Below, piece after piece: positions 1 through 11,359 of a stretch of 64,000 nt of DNA (the first letter of the stretch is position 1; every line of letters starts with the position of its first letter). The translations under genes were made by a program, and so were the position numbers. The DNA lies in assembly GCA_030390025.1 (NCBI GenBank), contig CM059433.1, positions 2,170,001-2,234,000 of the forward strand. Direction: 5' to 3'. Below the pieces are notes generated by a model that saw nothing but the letters and a program-made list of their open reading frames with translations, did not search any database and was not told where the DNA came from. The stretch is from Squalus acanthias. Its lineage: Eukaryota.

Positions 1-1019
1 TATTGACTCAGGTGATCTGTCTGGACCCCCCTGTGGCCTGGAGTGACTCATGACCTTTGAAATCTTTGTGAAAAATGATATTCCGTTTCCCCGCTCCCAG
101 GCCTGGCACCTGGAGAGACAATGAGTGCTGATTACTGGATGTCTGTCGTTTCCTGAGTTGATGGCCCCCATTAGCAGGTAATGGGTTTCAATCTCAAACC
201 GAACTTGCTTAACTGGCTTATCTCCTGGAAGACAATGGCCTGGCCATCTCCTGCCTTCCACCAGTTTCAGTTGTGACTGTGCTTTGTTGGTGTGAGGGCA
301 TAGTGTCTGTGAGTTACCTCTCGGGGTATTGTTCCCAATAATCATGTTAGATGGTGATGACGTCAATCTGCCTGGGTTCCCTTCCACCCAGCCTGTCAGT
401 GTGAGATGGCCGTTTGCATATGAATGCACCTTAGTCAGGTTGGCCTGGCTTGCAATCCTATTCCCTAAGCCACTCCCACAAGCTTGCCCAACAGTACAGT
501 TCTTTCTTGGGGTTTTGGATATAAAATATGATTCATAAAAATGGCCAGAAAGCTGGTGCTACACACACACTTCGGGATTCTCGATCTTGGCTACAGAGGA
601 CGCGATCTATCTCCCTAAAGCAATGCCATGTTTTTGTTTTAACTCAGCCAGAAACATTTGCTGCTGAAACCTCCTTGGCACACTGCACCTAATATCCGGA
701 ATCGCATTGTAGCAAAATTTATTTTTAAAGTTGCCCTTTAACCCAACCCACCTTGCTGTAATCGAGGGACAGAATTTATGTTACAAGTCTAGATTCTAAT
801 ATCCTCCTGTCCCAGTGAAGTCATTTTTCACTAAATATGCGGTCTATCAAAGGGCAGAAATTACCATTGATTTGTTTTCATTAGGAGCTTAAGATTTATT
901 CAGCGTCGTAGGATTAAGAAAATTGAGTTTACAGATGTGCATCACCGCTCATTGAAAAAGAATTTTCAATGATCCTGATGATTGAGAAAAGTCTCTAAGC
1001 CATGCAGAAGAGGAAAATC

Positions 1020-1180
1020 GTCACTTTGCTCCCTAGTCTCTGCTGAGGTAGAAAATCTCAGCCAGGGTAGCAGTGTAAGAGTGCTGTGATTGGCTGTAGA
1101 CTTCTGGGCTGGGCTCCCACTCCTGAGGCTACGCCCGTGTGGATATTGGGTCAGGATAGGGCTCGTTTATGATGCTCTTC
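1020..1180 (+). mobile_element. Degraded SINE-like interspersed repeat fragment
   Basis: ccctagtctctgctgaggtag..atctcagccaggg is the reverse complement of the copy at 4530-4700. Confidence 0.4.
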
Positions 1181-1446
1181 ATATCAAATAGCTTATAGGC
1201 TCCCACTGTCATCTTTCACTAATGCTCCTGGAACCAAACCGTGAATCCCCACCTTCAGTAGGGGCAGGGAGACAATTGAAGGAGAAGGAAAAGCAGGATT
1301 TCCAGGAATGGGGAAATCTATTTCAGCATGCTTTTTGGATTCAGTTCATTATAAAGAGAATAAATTTGATTCAAGGCTTACCTTCATTTGTGAGGCAAAC
1401 AAATCACATGCAGTAGTTTATTTATTAGAGTGAGCTATATGATATA

Positions 1447-1490
1447 CAGAGTTTCTGACGAAGGGTCACAGACCTGAAATGTTAACTCTG
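1447..1490 (+). ncRNA. Putative minimal type I hammerhead ribozyme motif
   Basis: Stem I CAGAGTT/AACTCTG, core CTGACGA 1455-1461, stem II GGGTC/GACCT, GAAA 1476-1479. Confidence 0.55.
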
Positions 1491-1556
1491 TTTCTCTCTC
1501 CACGGATGCTGCCTGACCTGCTGAGTGTTTCCAGCATTTTCTGTTGTTATCTCAGA
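1447..1556 (+). mobile_element. Penelope-like short repeat carrying a minimal hammerhead motif
   Basis: Same ~110-nt repeat recurs reverse-complemented at 25692 and 33175; contains CTGACGA-stem-GAAA. Confidence 0.65.
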
Positions 1557-2836
1557 CTAATAGAGTTCACTTAATCCCAAAACCCAGACTTTTGTAGCAA
1601 TGCAGTATGGACGTCCTCGCTCCAGGAGCCAAGAGCCATATTCTGCTTTGCATCATTCAGGATTCCATGGTAAACTTGTATTCCTCCAGAATAAAATCCT
1701 AGATTGCCTCTTCACTAACCCCCACATGTTAACTACATAGAAAGGCCTTTTTTTGACAATCAAGTGGGACCTGTTCTACAAGGCTTCAAGAAGGACGAAC
1801 AAAGGCTGAAAGTTATTCTGAGCAAGGCCCTGAAAGAGATGGACTTCCTTTCTTTTATTACTGTCAAACAGACTTTCCTTCAGGCCAGATGAAGATTTAA
1901 CCTTGGAAATAATCTATCCAGACAGGTTGACGAGAAAGGGCTAAGGGGAGAATAAAACTGCTGCTTCCACTTCCCAGAAGTGATTCATTTGCTATACATT
2001 TTTAACTCTTAAATAAAGTTAAATTTAATGCTGTAATATAAAATTAATTCAGTAAAAGTATAACTAAGAAATTTTACATAATTATGCATTGAAGGTTAAG
2101 AAACTAAGGAGGAATGCTAAATTACCTCATTTGCAGGATGAGTCGCTTCTAGTACTGGCAACAGTGAGGGGGCTACATCTGTGTATTTTGAGTGTGTGGG
2201 ATCCTACTTTTGTCAGGTTTTTGGGTAAGCGAGACGGAAGATTCTTTCTTCCATATTACAAAATCTCACCTAAAATTGAGAGCAATCATTTCTTAATAGT
2301 GTGCAAACCAAAGGCCCTCTGCCTGATGAGGGACAGAAATTGCTATTTCTATAAGCCATAGAAAAAATGCCACAAGACAGAAAAATTCAGGATTGTATTC
2401 CCACGATTTCTTTCTAGTTCAAAAAGTAGAGGATTCCAACTCGTACTGGAACTCCTTCTTCTTGTTGAAGGAAAAATTCATAATGATAACATTACGACAG
2501 ATAATTCAGGCATGGCAGCTAAGAGACTGGTTGGCAACATCGACCTCTAAGCTGCTTACTTGCATTTGAAAGTCTGACAACAAATGCTAGATATTCAATG
2601 TGGGTGAGATACACTAACAATAAAAGATAAGGCTGAAAGGAAAGACAGCAGTACCCAGAGTATTCATCAAATGTCACTGGTGACAGTTTCTCTCAGACTG
2701 CAGCACCTGCATATCCTCCCAGTGATCAGGGCTCCCACCTAATCATTATCAGTATCCATCCAACTAAAGGACATGGGCCTTCATTGAGATCTGTTTCGAG
2801 TTATTCCGAATATAGTCTATTTACCACCAGATATTT

Positions 2837-3281
2837 TAAGAACATAAGAAATAGGAGCAGGAGTAGGCCATTTGGCCCTTTGAGCCTGCTCCGCCATTCA
2901 ATAAGATCATGGCTGATCTTCTACCTCATCTCCACTTTCCTGACCTATCCCCATATCCCTTGATTCCCTTAATATTCAAAAATCTATTGATCTCTGTCTT
3001 GAATATACTCAACGACTGAGCCTCCACAGCCCTCTGGGGTAGAGAATTCCAAAGATTCACCACCCTCTGAGTGAAGAAATTTCTCCTCATCTCAGTCCTA
3101 AATGGCCGACCCCTTATTCTGTGACTGTGATCCCTGGTTCTAGACTCCCCAGCCAGGGGAAACATCCTCGCTGCATCTACCCTGTCAAGCCCTGTAAGAA
3201 TTTTGTATGTTTCAATGAGATCACCTCTCATTCTTCTAAACTCTAGAGAATATAGGCCTAGTCGACTCAATCTGTCCTCAT
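2837..3281 (-). mobile_element. CR1 LINE 3' fragment
   Basis: ORF2 C-terminus (LGLYSLEFRRMRGDLIETYKI...FFTQRVVNLWNSLP), 3' UTR and TTCTTATG-type tail. Confidence 0.92.
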
Positions 3282-3985
3282 TTCAGAGTCATTCAGTCCC
3301 AAAGCACTTATCTTCCAGAGGAAAAAAAGGGATTACAGCTCAATTTTATATACAAATTCTTTGGCAAATGGCAGCAACCATATCCACTGGGCCTGAAGCA
3401 TAGTTGTGCTCAGTTTCCAATCTTAGCCATAGTGTTGTGGAAAGGCCAAATATTTGCACAAAGAAGGGAAACATTAGAGTTAACAGGTTACTTGTGCATA
3501 GCCCTTGGTAATCAACATCGGTGGAGATCTGGAAGCAGATCATTTGCCACCCTCAGTTAGAATTGTATAGCTACGAGTGGAGGAAAGGGGAAAAGAAAGA
3601 AATATTTAGACAGTCCCTCTAGAAATGTTACCGCCCTCGTGTTGGTAAGATTATGATTCATGCAAACATCCATGTCTGCTAAGGTGTGGACGTTATCTCT
3701 GTACCACTGATGTACACTGAGCTAAAAATTATCACTATATAGACAGTATGCAGATGAGCTGTGAACTGAAACTAATGATTTGAGGTATTCCACTAACTAG
3801 ATGAATGGTAACAGTTAATTGAGGTAACATTATCTGTTTCAACAGAGTGAAAATGAATGTCAAAGTTTTTTTTTTAATGTCATTTAATTGCAGAAGATTT
3901 GCTCCTTTTGGGTGATGAGTATTCCATTCATTTTCCTACAATTTTTCTTGTATTTTCTCCTCTGTCTGACTATAAGTGCTGACTC

Positions 3986-4423
3986 GGGGTGGGGGGGGGG
4001 CGGCGGGCGGCGGGGGTGGGGCCGGGGTGGGGGGGGGGGGGGGCGGGGGGCGGGGTGTGGGGGGGGCGGGGGGGGGGGTGTGGGGCGGGGGCGGGGGTGG
4101 GGCGGGGGGGGGGCGCAGGGGGGGGTGTGGGGGGGGGCGGGGGGGGGGTGGGGGGCCGTGGGGGGGGGTGGGGGGTGGGGCCGTGGGGGGTGTGGGGGGG
4201 CGGGGGGGGGGGGTGTGGGGCGGGGGCGGGGGGGGGGCGGGGGGGTGGGGCCGGGGGTGGGGGCGGGGGGCGGGGGTGGGGTGGGGGGTGGGGCCGGGGG
4301 GGCGCAGGGGGGGGTGTGGGGGGGGGGCGCAGGGGGGGGAGGGGCGGCGGGCGGCGGGGGTGGGGCCGTGGGGGGGGGGGGGTGGGGCCGGTGGGCCGGG
4401 TTGGGGCGGGGCCGGGGGGGGGG
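3986..4423 (+). repeat. G-rich low-complexity tract or degenerate minisatellite
   Basis: About 440 nt of G runs separated by C, T, TG or CC. Confidence 0.95.
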
Positions 4424-4529
4424 TTCCATGAGCACAAGCAGCCCTCCAGTTTCTTCACCAAATAATCATTCTTTACTGTGAACCTGGACAGTGTTGTTGT
4501 AAGGCTATTTGACCACAGAATTCTAGATC

Positions 4530-4700
4530 CTTTCCTTGCTAAATGTCCACACACAGCATTTTCCTTGGGAGTTGCCGAATAGCTATTGAGAGCAAGAATT
4601 GGCTGATTTTGATTTTTTTTTCTTCCACAGCCCAGGGAGAATTATAGCATCTTACTGTTAGCCTGACTGAGACCAGCAAACTCAGCACAGACCAGGGATC
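4530..4700 (-). mobile_element. Degraded SINE-like repeat fragment, interrupted by CR1
   Basis: ctgagaccagcaaactcagcacagaccaggga is complementary to the 1020-1180 copy. Confidence 0.4.
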
Positions 4701-4710
4701 TTAACCTCTG

Positions 4711-5336
4711 AGGGGAAACATCCTCTCTGCATCTACCCTGTCGAGCCCCTTCAGAATCTTTTATGTTTCAATAAGATCCCCCCTCATTCTTCTAAACTCC
4801 AATGATGATAGGCCCAACCTGCTCAACCTTTCTTCATAAGATAACCCCTTCATCTCCGGAATCAACCTCGTGAACCTTCTCTGAACTGCCTCCAATGCAA
4901 GTATATCCTTCCTTAAATAAGGAGACTAAAACTGGACGCAGTACTCCAGGTGTGGTCTCACCAACGCCCTGTACAGTTGTAACAGGACTTCCCTACTTTT
5001 ATACTCCATTCCCTTTGCAATAAAGGCCAACATTCCATTTGCCTTCCTAATTACTTGCTGTACCTGCATGCTAACTTTTTGTGATTCATGTACAAGGACC
5101 CCCAGATCCCTCTGTACCTCAGCATTTTGTTATCTCTCTCCATTTATGTAATCTGCTTTTTTATTTTTCCTACCAAAGTGGATAACCTTGCATTTTCCCA
5201 CATTAAACTCTATCTGCCAGATTTTTGCCCACTCACTTAGCCTGTCTATATCGCTTTGGAGATTCTTTGCGTCCTCCACACAATTTGCTTTCCCACCTAT
5301 CTTTGTATCATCAGCAAATTTGGCTACATTACACTC
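4711..5336 (-). mobile_element. CR1 LINE ORF2 fragment
   Basis: Homologous to 43990-44310 and reverse-complementary to 63420-63810 (LVRPHLEYC motif on the - strand). Confidence 0.9.
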
Positions 5337-5889
5337 AAAAGGAGTGAGTATTGTGTCTAGAATTCAGTCCGTGGAAGATAACTCTCCACAGAATGACCGG
5401 TGTAAGCTTTTTTTCTCCAGTGCAGTGTGGTAGCTTTCATGTGAGTGACTTAACTATCATTATTGAGGTGTTCGGTTTATTGCATAGAGCTGAATGATTT
5501 ATTGTATTACAGCTCAACCTCTATATGGCATGCTGCATGTAGCAGGTGACCATTAAAAGTAAACACTATTTACAGCACAGTAATGTGAACTATCTCTAAA
5601 ATGAGCAGAGTTAACAACAATTTCCATTGAAGTTTCCACGTTCAGTAATGCAATAGTTAAGTCACTTGCTCACAAAAATGTGATTCCAATTTGGAGTCAC
5701 AGTAGTGGGCGGTATACAACCTACCAGGCCATATATGTGGCTTTGTTTAATGAGCTCTCAACATGACTATAGGTGGGATGCTTCCTGACGTCTGCAACTT
5801 GTTTACTTTTATTTTCAACTGTAAAATTCATTCACTGCAACCCACATAGAATTTCACACCAATATATATGATTTTTTTTTGCATCTCAG

Positions 5890-6140
5890 GCTTTCAACTG
5901 CAGAGACTGAAAGTCGAGTCCAAACTCTTGACCTTTTTGATGTACTGAAAACCAACCCAGAGGCTTTTCACGAGCATATGACGAAATATGTTTACCCAGG
6001 GGTTGATGGTGTGGACCACATCCGATTACTTTATTATTTTACTCTCCTGGAAAGCTGTGGCTGTGCCGAATTTGTGAAACAGCCCATCAAACCAGACACT
6101 CACATAAAACTGCTGAAAAAGCTCAAGGTCGTTGCGCCAG
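5890..6140 (+). CDS. NBAS: NBAS coding exon (about ex43, 251 nt)
   Basis: ctcag|G ... CCAG|gtagg; LSTAETESRVQTLDLFDVLKTNPEAFHEHMTKYVYP...HIKLLKKLKVVAP resembles human LSTLEIENRAQDLHLFETLKTDPEAFHQHMVKYIYP. Confidence 0.96.
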
Positions 6141-6983
6141 GTAGGATACTCACCTGTTCAAAGGCTCATTTCTTTAAGACCCTGGTACTTTTTGCACGCT
6201 TTAATAATATAATTACAAGATTTTTGCCAAACCTGGGATGGGTTTCATGTATTATGGAGAGGAAATGGGCTCGGTGGAAGACTTCTCAAACTTGATCTAC
6301 CAGGAAACGTGCAACGCGTGACGTGCAGTGAGGCAATGTCTATGCCTTCCCAGTTCTAAAGGATTTTAATCAATGCAGGGTAGTAGAATGTTGGACAAAA
6401 TGATTATGGAACATGGGTTATATTAAAAAAAATAATAGCAACTCTTCAGTTAATAAAGAATTCTGTAAATTATATGTGTTCGAGTTCTCTATGTATTTCA
6501 AATTCAGCAAGTTTTAATAGGGTAGAAAATGAATGATCTTCATTACATGAAGCACATTTAAATGTCACGTGACCTTCAACCTCTATTTCTGCAGCGTGTA
6601 TTATCCCACATTTTAGTTCTTTTTCCTTTAATAATTTTTACATTGTTCCTACCTCTTCCCTTCCCCTGCCCAACTCAGCCCCATATTTAATGTTATATCT
6701 GGAAAAATGAAGAAGTACATTTCTGGATAATTTACTTTAAAACTTTAACGGTATTTTCAACAGATTAAAACTAACAATATGAGTCATTGCAAAATGAACA
6801 CTTAATAAACAGATGTGGGAGAAATGTCTCTTCAATATACTTTGCAACCATCGCAGGAATTTGGCTTAAATTTATACGAGTCATCTTATAAACTCTGGTT
6901 ACTTAACAAAATACAACTCTCAGGAAGAATAATTACAGTTGATACTTTCAAACTAGTGCCTACTGAAAACAGCTGCCTATGTA

Positions 6984-7480
6984 GGCCCAGATTTTCCTGG
7001 GAACTTGCACCATTGCAATGGCACATCTGTGTCATAGGAACCCTTGAACAGCTGAAAAGAAAGAAGAAATTATGGAGTCAGTAACTTAATGCCATTAATT
7101 ATACGACTCCATATTTTCCTGGGACTTTTGCGCAGCTTCACCATTGCCCTCATTGAAAATGGAAGGAAATGATCGTAGCTCCGCCCCATCGCAATTTTCC
7201 TGCATTTAAGCCAATTTTCACACTGCTGCCACTTAGACTGAAAAAATAATGCCGTTGGTGGCTTGACAGCACCGTGATTTATTACTCAAAGGGCAAGTTT
7301 AAACTCGCAGTTAAAAATGTATTACTGTTGCAAAGAGTAAATAACTAGGATCGTTGAGTATCCAGTTCTTGCACCTGGGATTTTCAGTTTTAATAATACC
7401 AGGCCAAATGTCTGGAGTCCATTCAGTTTGAGATTGTTTCACTTATTTTTCCACAGTGGCCAACCTCACTAAAGTCACTA
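6984..7480. mobile_element. Possible truncated Harbinger-type MITE (one end only)
   Basis: Starts GGCCCAGATTTTCC like other TIRs in the window; no matching right end found. Confidence 0.3.
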
Positions 7481-7504
7481 CCACTAACACGACAAACATC
7501 TTTT

Positions 7505-8418
7505 CAAATGGTGGCCAAAAGGTGAGAAGTGGTGTTCCACAGGGACCACTGGTCATAATTTACATCAACGATTTGAACTCTTGAATCGGAATTACAATTT
7601 CAAAATTTGCGCACAACACCAAATTGGGAGGGTATAGTTAATACTGAGGAAGAATGCAACAAAATACAAGAAGACATTAATAAACTTGCAGAATGGGCGT
7701 CTAATTGGCAAATGAATTACTAGATAGGTAAGTGTGAGGTGGTGCATTTTTGGTAGGATGAATAAGGAGGCCACATACTGATTGGATAATAAGAGTCTAA
7801 ATGGAGTAGAGGAGAAAAGGGTTCTAGGTGTACAAATCACTAAAAGTAGCAACGTAGGTTAATAAAGCAATAAAATAGCAAACCAAGCACTGGGATTAAT
7901 TTCTAAATGGATAGAATTGAGAAGCAGGGAAGTTATGTTAAACTTGGGTAGAACCTTGCTTAGACCACACTTGGAGTACTGTGAAGATATACTTATCAGT
8001 AAAGGCTGAACAGGCTGGGGCTGTTTTCTCAGAAAAGAGAAGGCTGAGGGGTGAACTGATGGAGGTCTTTAAGATTGTGAAAGGATTTGATAGGGTAGAT
8101 GTAGAGAAAATGTTTCCACTTGTGGGGGGAGTCCAGACTAGAGATCATAAATATAAGATAGTCACTAATAAATGCAGTAGGGAATTCAGGAGAAACTTCT
8201 TTACCCAGAGAGTGAGTAGAATGTGGAACTCGCTACCACAAGGAGTAGTTGAGGTGATTAGCATAGTTGCATTTAAGGGGAAGCTAGGTAAGTGCATGAG
8301 GGAGAAAGGAATAGAGGGTTATACTGATGGGGTTAGCTGAAGGGTGGGAGGAGGCTCATGTGGCGCATGGACCTGTTGGGCCGAATGGCCTGTTTCTATG
8401 CTGTAGATGCTATGTAAT
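7505..8418 (+). mobile_element. CR1 LINE 3' portion, degraded, with internal deletion
   Basis: SGVPQG-like start; EKRRLRGELMEVFKI...FFTQRVSRMWNSLP; CR1 3' UTR. Confidence 0.88.
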
Positions 8419-8869
8419 AACTCTAATTTGCTTCTTAAACCCTATTGTTTCAATCAGTTTTAAGTAAATTGATGTACATATATCTCCAACATTTTAAGCC
8501 CATCTACTCATAGGAAAGTCAGCAGATCATTATGTAATTTTTTTGCTGTCTACAGTCTCATTCTCAAAATATTTTAATAAATTAAAAATGCACATTTTAT
8601 GCTTTTGTAATCTACTAAAATAAAAGTCAATAATTATTTATTCCTAAATTATTAATTTATAATGTAGCCACTTGCAGTGGCCTCCATTCATAGATCACAC
8701 GCAGCAGTGAAACTGACGGACCTCGAAACTCAAAGGGGCTGTACTGTGCTGTACTGTTCTATGTTCTAATGCAAACAATCTCTGAATTCAGGATGAGAGA
8801 TTGCAGATGATTTGTTTCTGATTTTTGTTTCCTTTGTGCACTGACTTTGTTTTCTGTGTTCTGTATTAG

Positions 8870-9204
8870 ACCTTAATTATAAGAAGCTGACAGAGGGGGA
8901 CTCTGATCCTTTGGAATCATTGGAGCCAGTTCTCACCAGCCACAATGTCTTATCAATTTCCAAACTGGCACCCAAAATTCCTGGGAAGGATGGCACAATG
9001 CTTTCACCAAACTTCATCTATGCTACATGGCTTCATAAGCTTTTCTGGACTGGAGATCTCCAGCTTATTAAAAAACCACCACAGGCATTAACTGAATGGC
9101 TGCATGCCTATGATACATGTGCAAAATATTTCGACAGGCTGTCCCCTGCAGATATTATTGGATTAATAGATGGCATCACCTTCTCTGCTAATGCAGTGAA
9201 CAAG
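8870..9204 (+). CDS. NBAS: NBAS coding exon (about ex44, 335 nt)
   Basis: tattag|AC CTT AAT TAT AAG AAG ... AACAAG|gtaata; (D)LNYKKLTEGDSDPLESLEPVL...WLHKLFWTGD...EWLHAYDTCAKYFDRL. Confidence 0.96.
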
Positions 9205-9434
9205 GTAATAGAAGTTATTTATTTTGGGGACAAAGTTACTTCGAACTAAATATAGGTTTGTCTCTTTCAGCACAATGTGCAACTTCAAACCATGATTGAA
9301 GCTATAGGGCTTATGTACAAGACAAAAGTATACACAGTCTGACAACAATACAAAACACGTATTTCCACAAACTCATGCGTTATTGTGTTGCCATCTCATT
9401 TTACAAAATGCTGATTTAATTCATCTATAAACTT

Positions 9435-10130
9435 CATAGAATCTGAAATGACAGCACAGAGGCAGTCTATTTGGCCCATCTGCTGTTACCACTTCCACTG
9501 GAGCGGTCTACTTTCATCCCATTTCCCTGCCCTTTTTCTTGTATATTTTTATGTTCGCCCTAGTTTCTTGTTAAATAATGAGAGAGTCTCTGTTTCAAAA
9601 GCCATCTGTAGTGAAGCATTACGGGGGAGAAATTCAGTATCTCCCCATTTGGGGCGCAATTATCGGCCGGGCGGAAAGATTAGCGCCTGGCGCTAATTAT
9701 CGCCTCCGAATGCAAACTTGACTTTTATTGCCCCTGGAGGTGATTGGAGCGCTAAATCAGGCGCTACACATCTGTCTTAAGGCGCAAAGGCCGAGGAGCG
9801 AGGCGCTACCTCAGAGCGCTGGCGAAGCTCATGTGATGTCAGTCAACAATGGAACACAGACACAATGGCGCCGGCCAGTTCTTAAAGGGGAGGGTTGATC
9901 TTGCTTTCCATCCACATCCTGCTCATTGCAGCCTTGAATCTCGGCCTGGAGGGACCTGTACATCAAATCTGCTGGAAAGAACAATGGAGAGAACCAGGGA
10001 AAGAGCTCAGAGTGCAGCCCCCCCATAGTCTCTTCTAAATCGATACAACGAAGGCCAAATCAAAATGAACCTGCAAAGTGCTGCTCAGTACCCAAAACTC
10101 CTTCACACAGCTTTGAATCTCTCCAGAAGT

Positions 10131-10171
<41 letters not shown>

Positions 10172-10858
10172 AATGCGTGGTTCAAAAATGTCACCAACAA
10201 AAAAAGGCAGGAAGCGGTCACCTTTAAATAGCGCTCCCCCAGTCCCTTCCTGACTGCAAAACGCTCCCCTCAACCTGTCGTTGCTAGCGGCAGGCGGTAA
10301 AGCAGGGGGCGTCACTCGCTACCAGGGCGTTGCGCAGTCGACTGACGTCACGATCTGCCGGCGCAGGAGATCGTGGCGGTAGTGTTTAGCACCGCTGCAA
10401 AATGTCTGGTTAATTTCGCGAGCGGCGCAAAAATCGCTGCGTCCGGGCGCTAGTTGCTTTGCGCCCCATTAGCGCCCTCTTAAGGCGCTAACGGGAGGCG
10501 CAACCAACTGAATTTTTCCCCCTACGTGTCCTAATAGCTGTCTGTGTGAAAAAATTCTTCCAGCATTCTTCTAGTGATACTCTGGAGTCTATGCTCCCTT
10601 GTTACCCATTTGTCAAACAGTGGAAACAACCTTTCACTGTTTTCGCTCAAAACCTTTTCGTAATCTTGAAAACTTCTACTGCATTCAGCCTTCTCTGTGC
10701 CCATGAAAAAGCCCCAATTTTTCATACCCTTTTTCCTTAACCACAACTTGTTCTTACTGATATATTTCCAGTAAATTTTCACTGTACCTTTCCCATGGTT
10801 CTAATATCCTTCCTATGATGGGTGCCCAGATTGTGCATAATACTCCAACTGTGCCCTA
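9435..10858 (-). mobile_element. Old CR1 3' fragment split by the 9623-10522 insertion
   Basis: catagaat tail at 9435; CR1-like sequence resumes after 10525 (ctgtgtgaaaaaattc ... tactccaactgtgccct). Confidence 0.65.
9623..10522. mobile_element. Non-autonomous PIF/Harbinger-type DNA transposon, 900 bp
   Basis: TIR GGGGGAGAAATTCAGT / ACTGAATTTTTCCCCC (15 of 16); 3-bp TSD TAC at 9620-9622 and 10523-10525; CpG-rich subterminal GGCGC repeats; internal (CT)n at 10135-10169. Confidence 0.82.
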
Positions 10859-11359
10859 TCTGATAAAATCTTTGGCCACAGCATGTTGTACAGTACTCAA
10901 TGATTGCAAGATGTTGCATGTGGCCTAAGCCTTACAGAAACAACAAATTTGCAAGCAGGATCAACACCAAAACAGACTGGTTGAGCCAAATGGTCTGTTC
11001 CCATGTTGTAATTGCTATACAATACTGTGTAACAATTACTTGTTCTCATTATACAATGGGTAAATCTAGCAGTCCAAATGACACGTACAGTTCCCGACCC
11101 ATTGTGAGTGTTTGAGGAGAATAGAGAGCCTCCACTCACCAGTGTCCCTTTTATCTAACTGTGCTTTGATGAGATTTCTCACAAATATTTCCTTTTTTGT
11201 AACGTTGCATGCGATAGAAATAAAATTATATTTTAAATGATATACAGTACAGTAGATTGCCCTTTGGGTGCAGGTTGAGTACTCTATTTTCTAACTGTAG
11301 CCAAACACTGAGCAGCTCCCAGCCGCAGCTTTGCAAGTACAGTACTCGGTCTACACCTG

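Noticed and set aside
1..600. Possible decayed LINE endonuclease region on the - strand
   Set aside because: Only a vague GDFN-like motif; not supportable without a search
3884..4554. Pro-rich and Gly-rich ORFs of 150-200 aa
   Set aside because: Artefacts of the G tract, open in multiple frames on both strands
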